DNA from: Candidatus Nomurabacteria bacterium
GTDB taxonomy: Bacteria > Patescibacteriota > Minisyncoccia > Phycocordibacterales > UBA9973
Reading direction: 5' to 3'
Assembly: GCA_943359485.1 (NCBI GenBank)
Contig: CALRHR010000002.1
Coordinates: 24,992 to 88,991 of the forward strand
Length of the DNA stretch: 64,000 nucleotides
This document shows positions 1 to 9,608 of the stretch, one piece after another. The notes under the pieces were generated by a model. That model ran no database searches, was not told the origin of the DNA, and was given only the letters and a program-made list of their open reading frames with translations. The position numbers were made by a program, and so were the translations under genes. How positions within the stretch are numbered: the stretch's first letter is position 1; each line of letters opens with the position of its first letter.

Positions 1-197
1 AACTTGTAATTTTAGAAACTTATTTACCCAAGATGTTGGAACGAAGCGAAGTTGAGAAAATAATTAAAAGTAAAAAAGAAGAGCTTGCTATTATAGACCC
101 GACAAAAAAGGGTATGCTGATTTCCTCAGTGATGAAAGATTTGAAAGGAAAAGTAGATGGCACTATGGTTAAAGAAATTATAGATTCTCTTTTTTAA
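1..197 (+). CDS. C-terminal end of a GatB/YqeY-domain protein; 5' part lies outside the window
   Basis: The open frame entering at position 3 ends ...YLPKMLERSEVEKIIKSKKEELAIIDPTKKGMLISSVMKDLKGKVDGTMVKEIIDSLF*. This matches the conserved YqeY C-terminal pattern; the stop TAA is at 195-197. Confidence 0.55.
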   Translation, partial: LVILETYLPKMLERSEVEKIIKSKKEELAIIDPTKKGMLISSVMKDLKGKVDGTMVKEIIDSLF

Positions 198-202
198 AAA
201 AA

Positions 203-817
203 ATGTATACAGTAAATATTTTACGACACCTGGTAGAGAATTATCAAGTCTGGATATATTTTTTTATTTTTCTCGGGCTTATGCTTGAGGGAGAATTTGT
301 TTTATTGTCTGTCGGGATATTTCTACACTTAGGTGTTTTGAATTTTTATTTTACTTTATTTTTTATTTGTTTAGGAATGTTGTCTAAAACTATATTTGGT
401 TATTATTTTGGAAGATTTATTGGTGAAAGATGGCGCAATACGAGGTTTTTAAGATATATTGAGAAGCGAGTCTTAAATATAATGCCCCATTTTAATCAGA
501 AACCTTTTTGGTCTATTTTTATTTCTAAATTTATTTTAGGGGTAAATAATTTAGTGATCGTGTTTTCTGGTTATCAAAAGGTTAATTTTAGTAAATATCT
601 TAAAGCGGAGTTTTTTTCTACAATAGTCTGGGCCCCACTTTTGGTATTGTTGGGCTACTTTTTTTCTCATACCGCTATCAATATCAGTCATGAAATTTGG
701 AGATTTTCTTTAATTGTTTTAATTTTAGTAATATTATTTGTTATCTTTGACAAAGTGTTAAGATATATTTATGAAATTTTCGAAGAATTTTATCATGATC
801 ACAATAAAACATTATGA
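203..817 (+). CDS. DedA-family integral membrane protein
   Basis: 204 aa and very hydrophobic, with a DedA-like G-x-x-x-E core and a VLLGYFFS-type C-terminal TM segment. A second DedA paralog lies at 40065. Confidence 0.5.
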   Translation: MYTVNILRHLVENYQVWIYFFIFLGLMLEGEFVLLSVGIFLHLGVLNFYFTLFFICLGMLSKTIFGYYFGRFIGERWRNTRFLRYIEKRVLNIMPHFNQKPFWSIFISKFILGVNNLVIVFSGYQKVNFSKYLKAEFFSTIVWAPLLVLLGYFFSHTAINISHEIWRFSLIVLILVILFVIFDKVLRYIYEIFEEFYHDHNKTL

Positions 818-1710
818 AGAAATTAATAACACATAACGGGTCTTTTCACAGCGATGATATTTTTGCTTGCGCTATTTTGTGTTTAATGTTGGAAAAGAAT
901 AATGAAACTTTTGAAATCATCCGTACTCGAGATGAAGAAATTATAAAGATGGGAGATTTTGTCTTTGATGTAGGTGGAATTTATGATGCCGAAAACAATA
1001 GATTTGACCATCATCAAATTGGTGGTGCTGGACGAAGGCCCGTTGGTAGTATTCAAATAGAATACGCTGCTGTTGGATTGGTTTGGAGAAAATTTGGTAT
1101 AAAACTTTGTGACTCACAAAAGGTGGTTGATTTTGTAGAAAAAAGATTAATTGCTCCTATTGATGCTGGTGACAATGGATTCGATTTAATTCAAAATTTA
1201 TATGAAGTATCACCGTATTTATTACAGCATCTTTTTCTTGCCATGCGACCAACCTGGAGGGAAGAGAGTCTGAAAGAGGATGAAATGTTTCTCAAGTCCT
1301 TAGAAATTGCAAAGCAAATTTTAAAGCGGGAGATAGTTCAAGCAGAAGACTCTGTTTTGGCAGAGGATTTAGTTACTTCAGCGTATCACAATTCATTAGA
1401 CAAAAGAATTATAGTTTTAGAAAAAAATTATCCCTATGAATACACCTTAAATAATTTTTCCGAGCCACTTTTTGTAATTTACCCAAGAGAAGACAATATA
1501 AATTGGGGGATTAAAGCGGTGCGAGAAGATCCAAAGACTTTTATAAACAGGAAAAATTTCCCCAAACTTTGGGCAGGATTGCGGGACGAAGAATTACAAA
1601 ATGTTTCAGGAGTTCGCGATGCCGTATTCTGCCACCGAGGGCTTTTTCTTGCTGTAGCCAAATCCAGAGAAGGCGCTATCAAATTAGCGCAATTAGCATT
1701 AGAGGATTAA
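814..1710 (+). CDS. MYG1/UPF0160-family metal-dependent hydrolase
   Basis: The N-terminus ITHNGSFHSDDIFACAIL is the hallmark of the UPF0160 (MYG1) family. Its ATGA start overlaps the previous stop. Confidence 0.7.
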   Translation: MKKLITHNGSFHSDDIFACAILCLMLEKNNETFEIIRTRDEEIIKMGDFVFDVGGIYDAENNRFDHHQIGGAGRRPVGSIQIEYAAVGLVWRKFGIKLCDSQKVVDFVEKRLIAPIDAGDNGFDLIQNLYEVSPYLLQHLFLAMRPTWREESLKEDEMFLKSLEIAKQILKREIVQAEDSVLAEDLVTSAYHNSLDKRIIVLEKNYPYEYTLNNFSEPLFVIYPREDNINWGIKAVREDPKTFINRKNFPKLWAGLRDEELQNVSGVRDAVFCHRGLFLAVAKSREGAIKLAQLALED

Positions 1711-1761
1711 AAAATGTTATTATGCTAATGCCTAGATCCTAAAGCCTAGTGCCTATTAATT

Positions 1762-2772
1762 ATGGCTTTCATTGATGAAATAAATATATATGCGGAAGCT
1801 GGTAGGGGCGGAGACGGCGTAGTACGCTGGCGGCAGGAGAAGTTCGTTCCTAAGGGTGGACCTTCCGGAGGAGATGCGGGTCGGGGTGGGGACTTTTATG
1901 TTTTGGCAGTGCGAGATGTACATATACTTTCAAAATATAAAGCCAAGAAAAGTTTTGTGGCTGAGCGAGGAGAAGATGGTGGGAATAAAAATTTACATGG
2001 GAAAAATGGAGAAGATTTTGTTTTAGAGTTGCCACTTGGTTCTATTATTACAAATCTGGCGACAGATGAAACTTGGCAGCTCACAGAAGAAGGACAAAAA
2101 ATTCAGTTATTGAAAGGTGGTTACGGAGGATTTGGCAATGAACATTTCAAAAGTTCTATAAACACAACTCCGAAAGAATCTCGCCCAGGACAAGAGGGCG
2201 AGAATGGAAATTTCAAAATCGAGCTCGAACTTTTCGCTGATATTGGACTCATTGGTTTGCCTAATGCTGGTAAAACTTCATTACTAAATACTCTCACCAA
2301 TGCCGATGCAAAAGTGGGAGATTATGCATTTACCACCCTTGATCCCAATCTTGGTGATTTTTATGGATATATTATTGCTGATATTCCAGGAATTATCGAA
2401 GGAGCATCAGAAGGCAGGGGACTTGGAGTAAAATTTTTACGACATATAAAACGCACTAAAATGCTCGCGCACTTGATCTCGTTTGAGAATTTAGCCACTA
2501 GTAGGGCAGGTATGATGAAAGTTTATAAAGAAATCCGCAAAGAGCTATCGAGGTATGACAAGAAATTAAATCTGGGGGATGATGGACTGTCAGAAAAAAA
2601 AGAAATAATAATTTTAACAAAATCTGACGCAATAACTGATGAGAAAATAATAAAGAAACAAATAGAAATATTTAAAAAAGTAAATAAAAAAGTATTTACT
2701 ATCTCGCTTTTTGATGACAAGACAGTAAAAAAGTTTCAAGACGAGCTCTCAAAGATTTTAAAGAAACAATAA
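1762..2772 (+). CDS. obg: GTPase Obg
   Basis: Glycine-rich Obg fold at the N-terminus (AGRGGDGVVRWRQEKFVPKGGPSGGDAGRGGD), the G1 motif GLIGLPNAGKTSLL, and DIPGIIEGAS. Confidence 0.9.
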   Translation: MAFIDEINIYAEAGRGGDGVVRWRQEKFVPKGGPSGGDAGRGGDFYVLAVRDVHILSKYKAKKSFVAERGEDGGNKNLHGKNGEDFVLELPLGSIITNLATDETWQLTEEGQKIQLLKGGYGGFGNEHFKSSINTTPKESRPGQEGENGNFKIELELFADIGLIGLPNAGKTSLLNTLTNADAKVGDYAFTTLDPNLGDFYGYIIADIPGIIEGASEGRGLGVKFLRHIKRTKMLAHLISFENLATSRAGMMKVYKEIRKELSRYDKKLNLGDDGLSEKKEIIILTKSDAITDEKIIKKQIEIFKKVNKKVFTISLFDDKTVKKFQDELSKILKKQ

Positions 2773-2809
2773 TTGTGAAAAAGTTTTTTTGTGTTAAGAT
2801 ATCTTTTGT

Positions 2810-4246
2810 ATGGATAAAATCATTGATTTATTTAATAAATACAAAAAAACATCTATTAGCATAGGTGTAATTTTACTTTTAGCCATAATTTATATGGTTT
2901 TTGGGCGAGGTAATGAGGATGTAGATACTTTCACAGTGGAAAGAACGGATGTGGTCCAATTAGTCATTTTATCTGGAAAAGTACAAACTACTGACAAAGC
3001 AGACCTGGGGTTTGCCTCAAGTGGAAGAATTTCAAATGTTTCAGTAAAAAATAATCAAACAGTCACAAAAGGAGCGGTGCTAGCTCAGTTAGAGATTGAT
3101 GACTTACTGGCAGACTTAAAGATAAAACAAGCAAATTTAAAATCCGCAAATGTAGACATTGAGGCTGCAAAAGAAGAGCTAGATCTTGTCATCAAACAAG
3201 AAGATGCAAAAGTACAAAGTGCTTACCGTACTTTACTCTCGAGTGGGCTTACTTCTGTTCCTCGATCTGATGATTATGATGTGGATCCTCCTACCGTGAG
3301 TGGTATTTATGATGGGCAGGAAGGACAATATAAAATTTTGATTGCCAGAGAAAATAGTACTTTGTCTGATTTTAGTTTGCTTACTTTTGGTTTAGAAAAA
3401 ACAAAAAAAATTATTGATAAAAATAGACCAACCATGCTTGGAACTGGGGGGTTATTTATTTCTTTCGGAGATAATAACATTGATTTATATCATGACACCA
3501 CTTGGTATTTAGATATTCCAAATAAATCTAGTTCTGTGTATCTTTCAAACCTCAACGCGTACAATGAAGCCAAGAAGAATCGTGATCTCATAATTCAAAA
3601 TGCAGAGGCGGAATATAAAAAAATTATAACTGAAGGAGATGATGATAGCTCATCTGTGGCCAAGGCTGAAGTTGAAAAAATAAATGCTGAAATTAGAAAA
3701 AATACAATTTATGCTCCTTTTTCAGGTAAAGTCACAAACATTGAAAAAGAAGTAGGTGAAAATGCTTCAGTCGGAGAAAGGGTCATTTCTATTATCGGAG
3801 GAAACAAATTAGAAATTGTTTTACAAGTGTCCGAACTAGATGTCTCAAGGCTAACTCCTAGAGTGCCTGTTTCTCTAAAATTTGATGCCTTAAAAGAAGA
3901 AGAATTTACAGGGATTCTACAAACCATAAACTCGAGAGAAACAGAGATAGATGGTGTTCCTGTGTATGAAGCTTTTGTGGAATTATCTCCAGACGAGCGA
4001 ATCAAGACAGGTATGAGTGCCACGGGTACAGTAATTCTCGGTGTAAAAACATCCGTACTCGCAATTCCAAAATATTTTGTAACAAAAGTTGAGGGTGAGA
4101 ATATGAAAAATATAGTACAGGTTGTAACTTCAAAAGGCAAGACAGAAGAGCGAGAAATTACTCTCGGCCTTGTCGGTACAGATAGTATGATAGAAGTAAT
4201 TTCTGGATTAGCAGAGGGGGAAAAAATAGTTTCAGCTAAAAAATAA
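2810..4246 (+). CDS. Periplasmic adaptor / membrane-fusion protein (HlyD/MacA-like) of a tripartite efflux system
   Basis: N-terminal TM anchor, a long coiled-coil middle region and a C-terminal beta-barrel-like region. It is immediately followed by an FtsX-type permease and an ABC ATPase. Confidence 0.6.
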   Translation: MDKIIDLFNKYKKTSISIGVILLLAIIYMVFGRGNEDVDTFTVERTDVVQLVILSGKVQTTDKADLGFASSGRISNVSVKNNQTVTKGAVLAQLEIDDLLADLKIKQANLKSANVDIEAAKEELDLVIKQEDAKVQSAYRTLLSSGLTSVPRSDDYDVDPPTVSGIYDGQEGQYKILIARENSTLSDFSLLTFGLEKTKKIIDKNRPTMLGTGGLFISFGDNNIDLYHDTTWYLDIPNKSSSVYLSNLNAYNEAKKNRDLIIQNAEAEYKKIITEGDDDSSSVAKAEVEKINAEIRKNTIYAPFSGKVTNIEKEVGENASVGERVISIIGGNKLEIVLQVSELDVSRLTPRVPVSLKFDALKEEEFTGILQTINSRETEIDGVPVYEAFVELSPDERIKTGMSATGTVILGVKTSVLAIPKYFVTKVEGENMKNIVQVVTSKGKTEEREITLGLVGTDSMIEVISGLAEGEKIVSAKK

Positions 4247-4248
4247 GA

Positions 4249-5538
4249 ATGAGTGAGGATAAACCAAAAAACTTGAGTCGCAAATGGTCACAGGTTATTT
4301 CTGTCGGCTGGTTTTTGGCTTTCAGGCAAATAAAAGGCTCAAACAAATCTACGACTTTTCTCATAATATTTATAATGATGTTGACCTTCTTGAACCTCGT
4401 TGTAGTTTCAGGTATTTTGGTAGGTCTAATAGAAGGTGGAAGAGTTGCAAATAAAAAACAATATTCAGGGGATGTAATTGTGACTACACTAGCTGGTGAA
4501 AATAATATAAAACGCACCAATGAAATAGAAAGTACACTGATTAAGATGAGCGGGGTTCAAAATATCAGCACTAGATACATATCTTCAGGGCAAGTTGAAG
4601 CAAACTATAAAACTCGTCGTGATTTTAGCACTCCAAAAGACATAGCAGGTACACAAGTAACGGGAATAAATATACAAGACGAAGAAGCTTTGTCTGGTAT
4701 TTCGAATTATGTAGATGAGGGTAGTTTTTTAAATGAAACCGAGAGTGGATATATTGTTTTGGGTAAAAATCTACTTCGTAGATATTCTGAAGACTTTGGA
4801 GATGTTTTCGCTTCCATCGAAGGTACTTATCCAGGCGATGAAGTAAAAGTGACAGTGGGTAAAAATACAAAAACTTTTATTGTGAAAGGAATTGTAAGCT
4901 CAAAAGTGAACCAAGTCTCTCTTCGAGCTTTTGTAACCAAGCAAGATTTCTTACGTTTAGTAGACAAGGCAGATTTAAATGCAAATGAAATCGCAATACG
5001 AATAAACCCAAATTCAAAAATTACCCCCGATGGCACAAAGGCCAATTTAATAAATGCTGGTTTTGCGAATGATGGAAAAATCCAGACAGCTGTCGAAGCC
5101 ACCCCTGAATTTCTCAATCAAATTCGAATAGCTTTTGCTCTTCTTGGAAATGTGATAGGTCTGATTGGTATCGTGGTTGCCTCTATCACTATTTTTATTG
5201 TTATTTTTATAAATGCCGTTACTCGCAGAAAGTATATTGGTATTATGAAAGGTATAGGCATATCTGAAAAAGCTATAGAAGTCTCATATATTATTCAATC
5301 CATATTTTATGCCCTAATAGGTGGGCTAATCGGTCTTTTAATTACTTTTGTTCTATTAGTACCTTTCTTTGATGCATATCCATTAAACTTTCCGTTTTCA
5401 GATGGAATATTAGTGGCACCTATTGGCGAAACTATGTTTAAATTCGGATTACTTTTATTAGTGACACTTTTAGCAGGATATATTCCTGCGAGAAATATAG
5501 TTAAGAAAAATACGTTAGATAGTATTTTAGGAAGATAA
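4249..5538 (+). CDS. ABC transporter permease, FtsX/MacB family
   Basis: TM1, a large periplasmic domain, then three C-terminal TM helices. Forms a probable operon with the adaptor upstream and the ATPase downstream. Confidence 0.7.
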   Translation: MSEDKPKNLSRKWSQVISVGWFLAFRQIKGSNKSTTFLIIFIMMLTFLNLVVVSGILVGLIEGGRVANKKQYSGDVIVTTLAGENNIKRTNEIESTLIKMSGVQNISTRYISSGQVEANYKTRRDFSTPKDIAGTQVTGINIQDEEALSGISNYVDEGSFLNETESGYIVLGKNLLRRYSEDFGDVFASIEGTYPGDEVKVTVGKNTKTFIVKGIVSSKVNQVSLRAFVTKQDFLRLVDKADLNANEIAIRINPNSKITPDGTKANLINAGFANDGKIQTAVEATPEFLNQIRIAFALLGNVIGLIGIVVASITIFIVIFINAVTRRKYIGIMKGIGISEKAIEVSYIIQSIFYALIGGLIGLLITFVLLVPFFDAYPLNFPFSDGILVAPIGETMFKFGLLLLVTLLAGYIPARNIVKKNTLDSILGR

Positions 5539-5548
5539 AAATAATTTC

Positions 5549-6226
5549 ATGATAAAAGTAAAAAATTTAACAAAAACATATAAGACTAAAGATATTGAAA
5601 CTCCGGTTTTGCGAGGGATAGATTTAAATGTAGCTCCCGGAGAATTCTTAGGAATTATGGGAAAGTCTGGGGCCGGGAAGTCTACTTTGATGTATCAGAT
5701 AGGATTACTTGATCATCCTACTTCCGGAGAAATTATTTTAAATAGTAAAAATACTGAACAGATGTCTACTGAGGAGCGAACTCAGATGAGATTATCTGAG
5801 CTAGGATATGTCTTCCAAGACTATGCTCTTATTCCAGAATTGACTGCTGTGGAAAATGTAATGATACCACTTTTAATGAAGGGATTTTCTAAATCAGAAT
5901 CATGTGATATCTCAATAAAAATGCTTGAGCGTATTGGACTTTCACATCGAGTAGACAATAAACCTGGTCAATTATCCGGTGGAGAACAACAGAGAGTATC
6001 AATAGCCAGAGCCATGGCCCACAACCCAAAAATTTTATTTGCCGATGAGCCCACTGCCAACCTAGACACCATTTCTGGATACTCAATAATTCAATTATTC
6101 AAAGAATTACACGATAAAGGTCAGACAATCGTAATGGTTACTCATGAAGAAGAATATGCAAAATATTGCGATCGAATAATTTATCTCGAAGATGGAAAGA
6201 TCGTGCGAGAGGTGAAACAAAAATAG
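5549..6226 (+). CDS. ABC transporter ATP-binding protein (MacB/LolD-like)
   Basis: Walker A GIMGKSGAGKSTLM, signature LSGGEQQRVSIARAM, Walker B ILFADEPT, and an H-loop VTHE. Confidence 0.88.
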   Translation: MIKVKNLTKTYKTKDIETPVLRGIDLNVAPGEFLGIMGKSGAGKSTLMYQIGLLDHPTSGEIILNSKNTEQMSTEERTQMRLSELGYVFQDYALIPELTAVENVMIPLLMKGFSKSESCDISIKMLERIGLSHRVDNKPGQLSGGEQQRVSIARAMAHNPKILFADEPTANLDTISGYSIIQLFKELHDKGQTIVMVTHEEEYAKYCDRIIYLEDGKIVREVKQK

Positions 6227-6278
6227 ATAGAAATTGCCTTAGACTTTTAATCTTCTGCTTGGTATACTTTTTTATATT

Positions 6279-7709
6279 ATGGCAAATAAATATTATCCTA
6301 CAATTGGACTTGAAATTCATGCAGAGCTCAAAACAAATACCAAGATGTTTTGTAGTTGCAAGAATGATCCAGATGAGAAGATGCCAAATGTGAATATTTG
6401 TCCAGTTTGTATGGCTCACCCAGGGGCGTTACCGGTGGCAAATAAAAAGGCCATAGAAAATGTTATTAAAGTTGGTCTGGCGCTTGGTGGCAATATTGCT
6501 GATTTTTCAGAATTTGATCGTAAGAATTATTTTTATCCAGACATACCAAAGGGTTATCAGATTTCACAATATAAATTCCCGATAGTTTCTGGTGGGAGTT
6601 TGGCGGGTATGAGAATCACTCGTGTGCATTTAGAAGAAGATACAGCAAACAATAAACACGACAGAGGGGACTTCTCACTTATTGATTTCAATCGTGCGGG
6701 TGTTCCACTCATGGAGCTTGTCACCGAACCACATACATTTGAAAATGCGGAAGAGACAGCAAAAGTAGCAACAAACTTTGCGAAAGAATTGCAGTTGATT
6801 CTGCAGTATTTAGGAGTTTCAGAAGCAAATTTAGAAAAAGGTGAAATGCGTGTGGAGCCAAATATTTCAGTATCTACAGATCCAAAAATTTTAAACACCA
6901 AGGTAGAAATAAAAAATTTAAATTCTTTCAAGAGCGTCGAACGGGCGGTGAAGTATGAGATTGAGAGGATGATAAAACTTTTCGAAGAAGGAAAAGAAAA
7001 AGAAATAGTGCAAGAAACACGAGGCTGGGATGAGTCCAAGCAAAAAACTTTTTCGCAAAGGAAAAAAGAGGGGAGCGCTGATTACAGATATTTCCCAGAC
7101 CCTGACTTACCAAAAATAAAGTTGCACGAAGCTTTCGATTTAGAGCAGTTAAAGAAAGACTTGCTGGAATTACCCGAAGCAAAACGCGAGAGATATAAAA
7201 AAGATTTTGGAATCAAAGAAGAAGATATTGAAGTTTACATAAACGATCCCGTGCTCGCGACTTGGTTTGAAGAAGTGGCGAATATTTTAAAAGATAAAGA
7301 GAAAATTAAAATAGCCTCAAATTACATAACGACAGATTACATTGGACTTAAGAAAAGTTCTGCCAAAGTCGGACTTCCGCAAAGTTCGAATTTCGCAGAA
7401 TTGATAAATATGCTTACTGAGGGCAAGATATCTTCTCGAGTCGCTAAGGATATTTTAGGTGAAATTGTTTTAAATGATGGATCGCCACTTGAAATAATTA
7501 CAACGAAAGGTTTATTGCAAGAAAATGATGAAGAAGCTACAAAGGTGGTTATAGAAAAAATAATTTTAGAGAATCCAGAAATTGTAGCCATTTATAAGTC
7601 TGGGAAGGAAAGTGCTATAATGTCTTTGGTTGGTAAAGTTATTAAAGAAAGTAAAGGCAAGGCGAATCCTAAAATAGTTGTAAAAATTTTAAGAGAGGAA
7701 TTAAAATAA
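6279..7709 (+). CDS. gatB: Asp-tRNA(Asn)/Glu-tRNA(Gln) amidotransferase subunit B
   Basis: MANKYYPTIGLEIHAELKTNTKMFCSC...CPVCMAHPGALP and a C-terminal GatB/YqeY domain. No gatA or gatC is adjacent. Confidence 0.92.
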   Translation: MANKYYPTIGLEIHAELKTNTKMFCSCKNDPDEKMPNVNICPVCMAHPGALPVANKKAIENVIKVGLALGGNIADFSEFDRKNYFYPDIPKGYQISQYKFPIVSGGSLAGMRITRVHLEEDTANNKHDRGDFSLIDFNRAGVPLMELVTEPHTFENAEETAKVATNFAKELQLILQYLGVSEANLEKGEMRVEPNISVSTDPKILNTKVEIKNLNSFKSVERAVKYEIERMIKLFEEGKEKEIVQETRGWDESKQKTFSQRKKEGSADYRYFPDPDLPKIKLHEAFDLEQLKKDLLELPEAKRERYKKDFGIKEEDIEVYINDPVLATWFEEVANILKDKEKIKIASNYITTDYIGLKKSSAKVGLPQSSNFAELINMLTEGKISSRVAKDILGEIVLNDGSPLEIITTKGLLQENDEEATKVVIEKIILENPEIVAIYKSGKESAIMSLVGKVIKESKGKANPKIVVKILREELK

Positions 7710-7711
7710 AA

Positions 7712-8608
7712 ATGAAAACACTGCGTGAATATATAAAACAAGCTGAGGAAAAGGGCGTAGCAATCGGGCATTTTAATATTTCTAATCTTGAAGGATTGCG
7801 TGGTATTTATAATGCAGCAAAGAAAATTTCCGCCCTAGGCGGATCCGCCTTTGGCGGAAAATTGCCAGTAATCATAGGACTTTCGGAAGGAGAAGAAAAG
7901 TTTGTTGGTAGAGCCGAAGGTGTCGCCCTCATTAATGCGATAAGAAACAGAGATAACTACCCTATATTTTTAAATGCGGATCATCATAGTAGTTTTGAAT
8001 CAGTGAAAAATGCTATCGATGCGGGTTTTGATATGGTAATTATTGATGGGGCCAAGCTTAGCTTTGAAGACAATGTAAAAATAACTAAAGAATGTGTGGA
8101 CTATGCTCGTAGTGTAAACAAAGACACAGGTAGAGACGTGTTGGTGGAAGCTGAGCTTGGCTACATAGGTTCTGGTTCTGACATCAAAGACACCATCCCC
8201 GAAGGTGCTGGCATATTAACAACACCCAAAGACGCTTTGAAGTTTGTGCAGGATACAGGGATAGATTTATTTGCACCATCTGTGGGCAGTATTCATGGAC
8301 TCATAAAGTCTGGCAAGCCACATATAAACGCAGATCTTGTAACAGAGATAAAAAAAGTTACAGGTATTCCACTTGTTTTACATGGTGGTTCAGGTTTGCG
8401 TGATGAAGATTTCACAAATGCTATTCAGGCAGGTATTTCTGTAGTACATATAAATTCAGAAATAAGACTCGCAGATAGGGACGCAGTCAAAAAAGCAATC
8501 GAAGAAAACCCAAATGAAATCGTTCCTGCAAAAATTCTCCAACCCGCCGTGGATGCTATCGAGAAAATAGTTTATGAACGACTAAAACTTTTTAATGGGG
8601 TGAAGTAG
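7712..8608 (+). CDS. fba: Class II fructose-bisphosphate aldolase
   Basis: GHFNISNLEG, metal-binding DHHSS, SVGSIHG and LVLHGGSG motifs typical of class II FBA/TBP aldolases. Confidence 0.82.
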   Translation: MKTLREYIKQAEEKGVAIGHFNISNLEGLRGIYNAAKKISALGGSAFGGKLPVIIGLSEGEEKFVGRAEGVALINAIRNRDNYPIFLNADHHSSFESVKNAIDAGFDMVIIDGAKLSFEDNVKITKECVDYARSVNKDTGRDVLVEAELGYIGSGSDIKDTIPEGAGILTTPKDALKFVQDTGIDLFAPSVGSIHGLIKSGKPHINADLVTEIKKVTGIPLVLHGGSGLRDEDFTNAIQAGISVVHINSEIRLADRDAVKKAIEENPNEIVPAKILQPAVDAIEKIVYERLKLFNGVK

Positions 8609-8648
8609 TACTCTATAATTCGTTAGAATTATAGAGTAGAAAAATTAT

Positions 8649-9329
8649 ATGGAATTAAAAATAACAACAGAAAAATTGGAGAAGAATCTTGGTCAAGGTT
8701 TTGATCCTAAAAAAGAACTGACCCCAGAAGAAAAAGAAATAGCACGGTCTTTAGAAACTTTACCGTCTCTCGATATAAGAGCCGAGATTGATTTGATACT
8801 TGTCTGGAGAAACTTAAAAAGTGCTTCTCAATTATTTTTCCCTGCTGGTACAACAGATGCTAATATGGTAAAGATAAAAGAAAGAATTGAGAAAGCTGGA
8901 CTTTTTTTTATTGATGATGGTGTGATTTTAGATAAAATGTATGGAAACGGACTTGTTAGGCTTTGTTTCATAGCCAATAATGAAAAAGACCTATATTTAT
9001 TTGCTGAGTTATGGTTCGGGGATCATATTGCTGATTCGTTGGTGTATAAAGAAATAGGTCGGATGTCGGGTTTCCCACAAAGTGCCATAGACACATATGA
9101 TAAATTTATAATGCTTTCTGGAAAAGAAAGAGATGCTGCTAAAGAAGAATTAACTCTTTCAGAAAACGAAAAGAAAGATTTATTTCCTGCAGATTTATAT
9201 CGACTTTCTTTATTTTTTTATATGTCCAGAGCACATTGGCAGACTGAGCTGGAAACTGTCCGCACATGGGTGGAAGAATTAAAAAGAGTTACACCAAGTT
9301 TATACCAGAGATTTATAGAAGAATTATGA
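8649..9329 (+). CDS. Hypothetical protein
   Basis: 226-aa ORF with no recognisable motif; coding-like composition. It is translationally coupled to the next gene by an ATGA overlap. Confidence 0.4.
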   Translation: MELKITTEKLEKNLGQGFDPKKELTPEEKEIARSLETLPSLDIRAEIDLILVWRNLKSASQLFFPAGTTDANMVKIKERIEKAGLFFIDDGVILDKMYGNGLVRLCFIANNEKDLYLFAELWFGDHIADSLVYKEIGRMSGFPQSAIDTYDKFIMLSGKERDAAKEELTLSENEKKDLFPADLYRLSLFFYMSRAHWQTELETVRTWVEELKRVTPSLYQRFIEEL

Positions 9330-9604
9330 AAAAGAAATTGGAATATAGAAAACTAGAAAGAATAGTAAAAGGATTTGCAAATCATCGAAGATTGCAAGTT
9401 TTAGAGTTGCTTGATAAACAGCCTGAACTTTCTGTGATTGAAGTAGCAGAGGAGTTAAAGTCAGACATGAAGAATATTTCTGCGCACATCAACAAAATGG
9501 CTATCGCGGGTTTGGTTATCAAAAGAAATGATATAAATATGGTGCGTCATAAACTTACAAAAAGAGGAAAAGCTATTCTACAATTCGTTAGAATTTTAGA
9601 ATAA
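9326..9604 (+). CDS. ArsR-family winged-helix transcriptional regulator
   Basis: GFANHRRLQVLELL...LSVIEVAEEL...ISAHINKMAIAGLV fits the ArsR/SmtB HTH pattern. The start was moved to the ATG at 9326 (MKKKLEY) in place of the track start at 9266. Confidence 0.6.
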   Translation: MKKKLEYRKLERIVKGFANHRRLQVLELLDKQPELSVIEVAEELKSDMKNISAHINKMAIAGLVIKRNDINMVRHKLTKRGKAILQFVRILE

Positions 9605-9608
9605 GAAA

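Noticed and set aside
8609-8638. 12-bp perfect hairpin immediately after the fba stop, considered as an intrinsic terminator
   Set aside because: No U-tract follows on the coding strand. The run of A's would serve only minus-strand transcription, and no minus-strand gene exists there.
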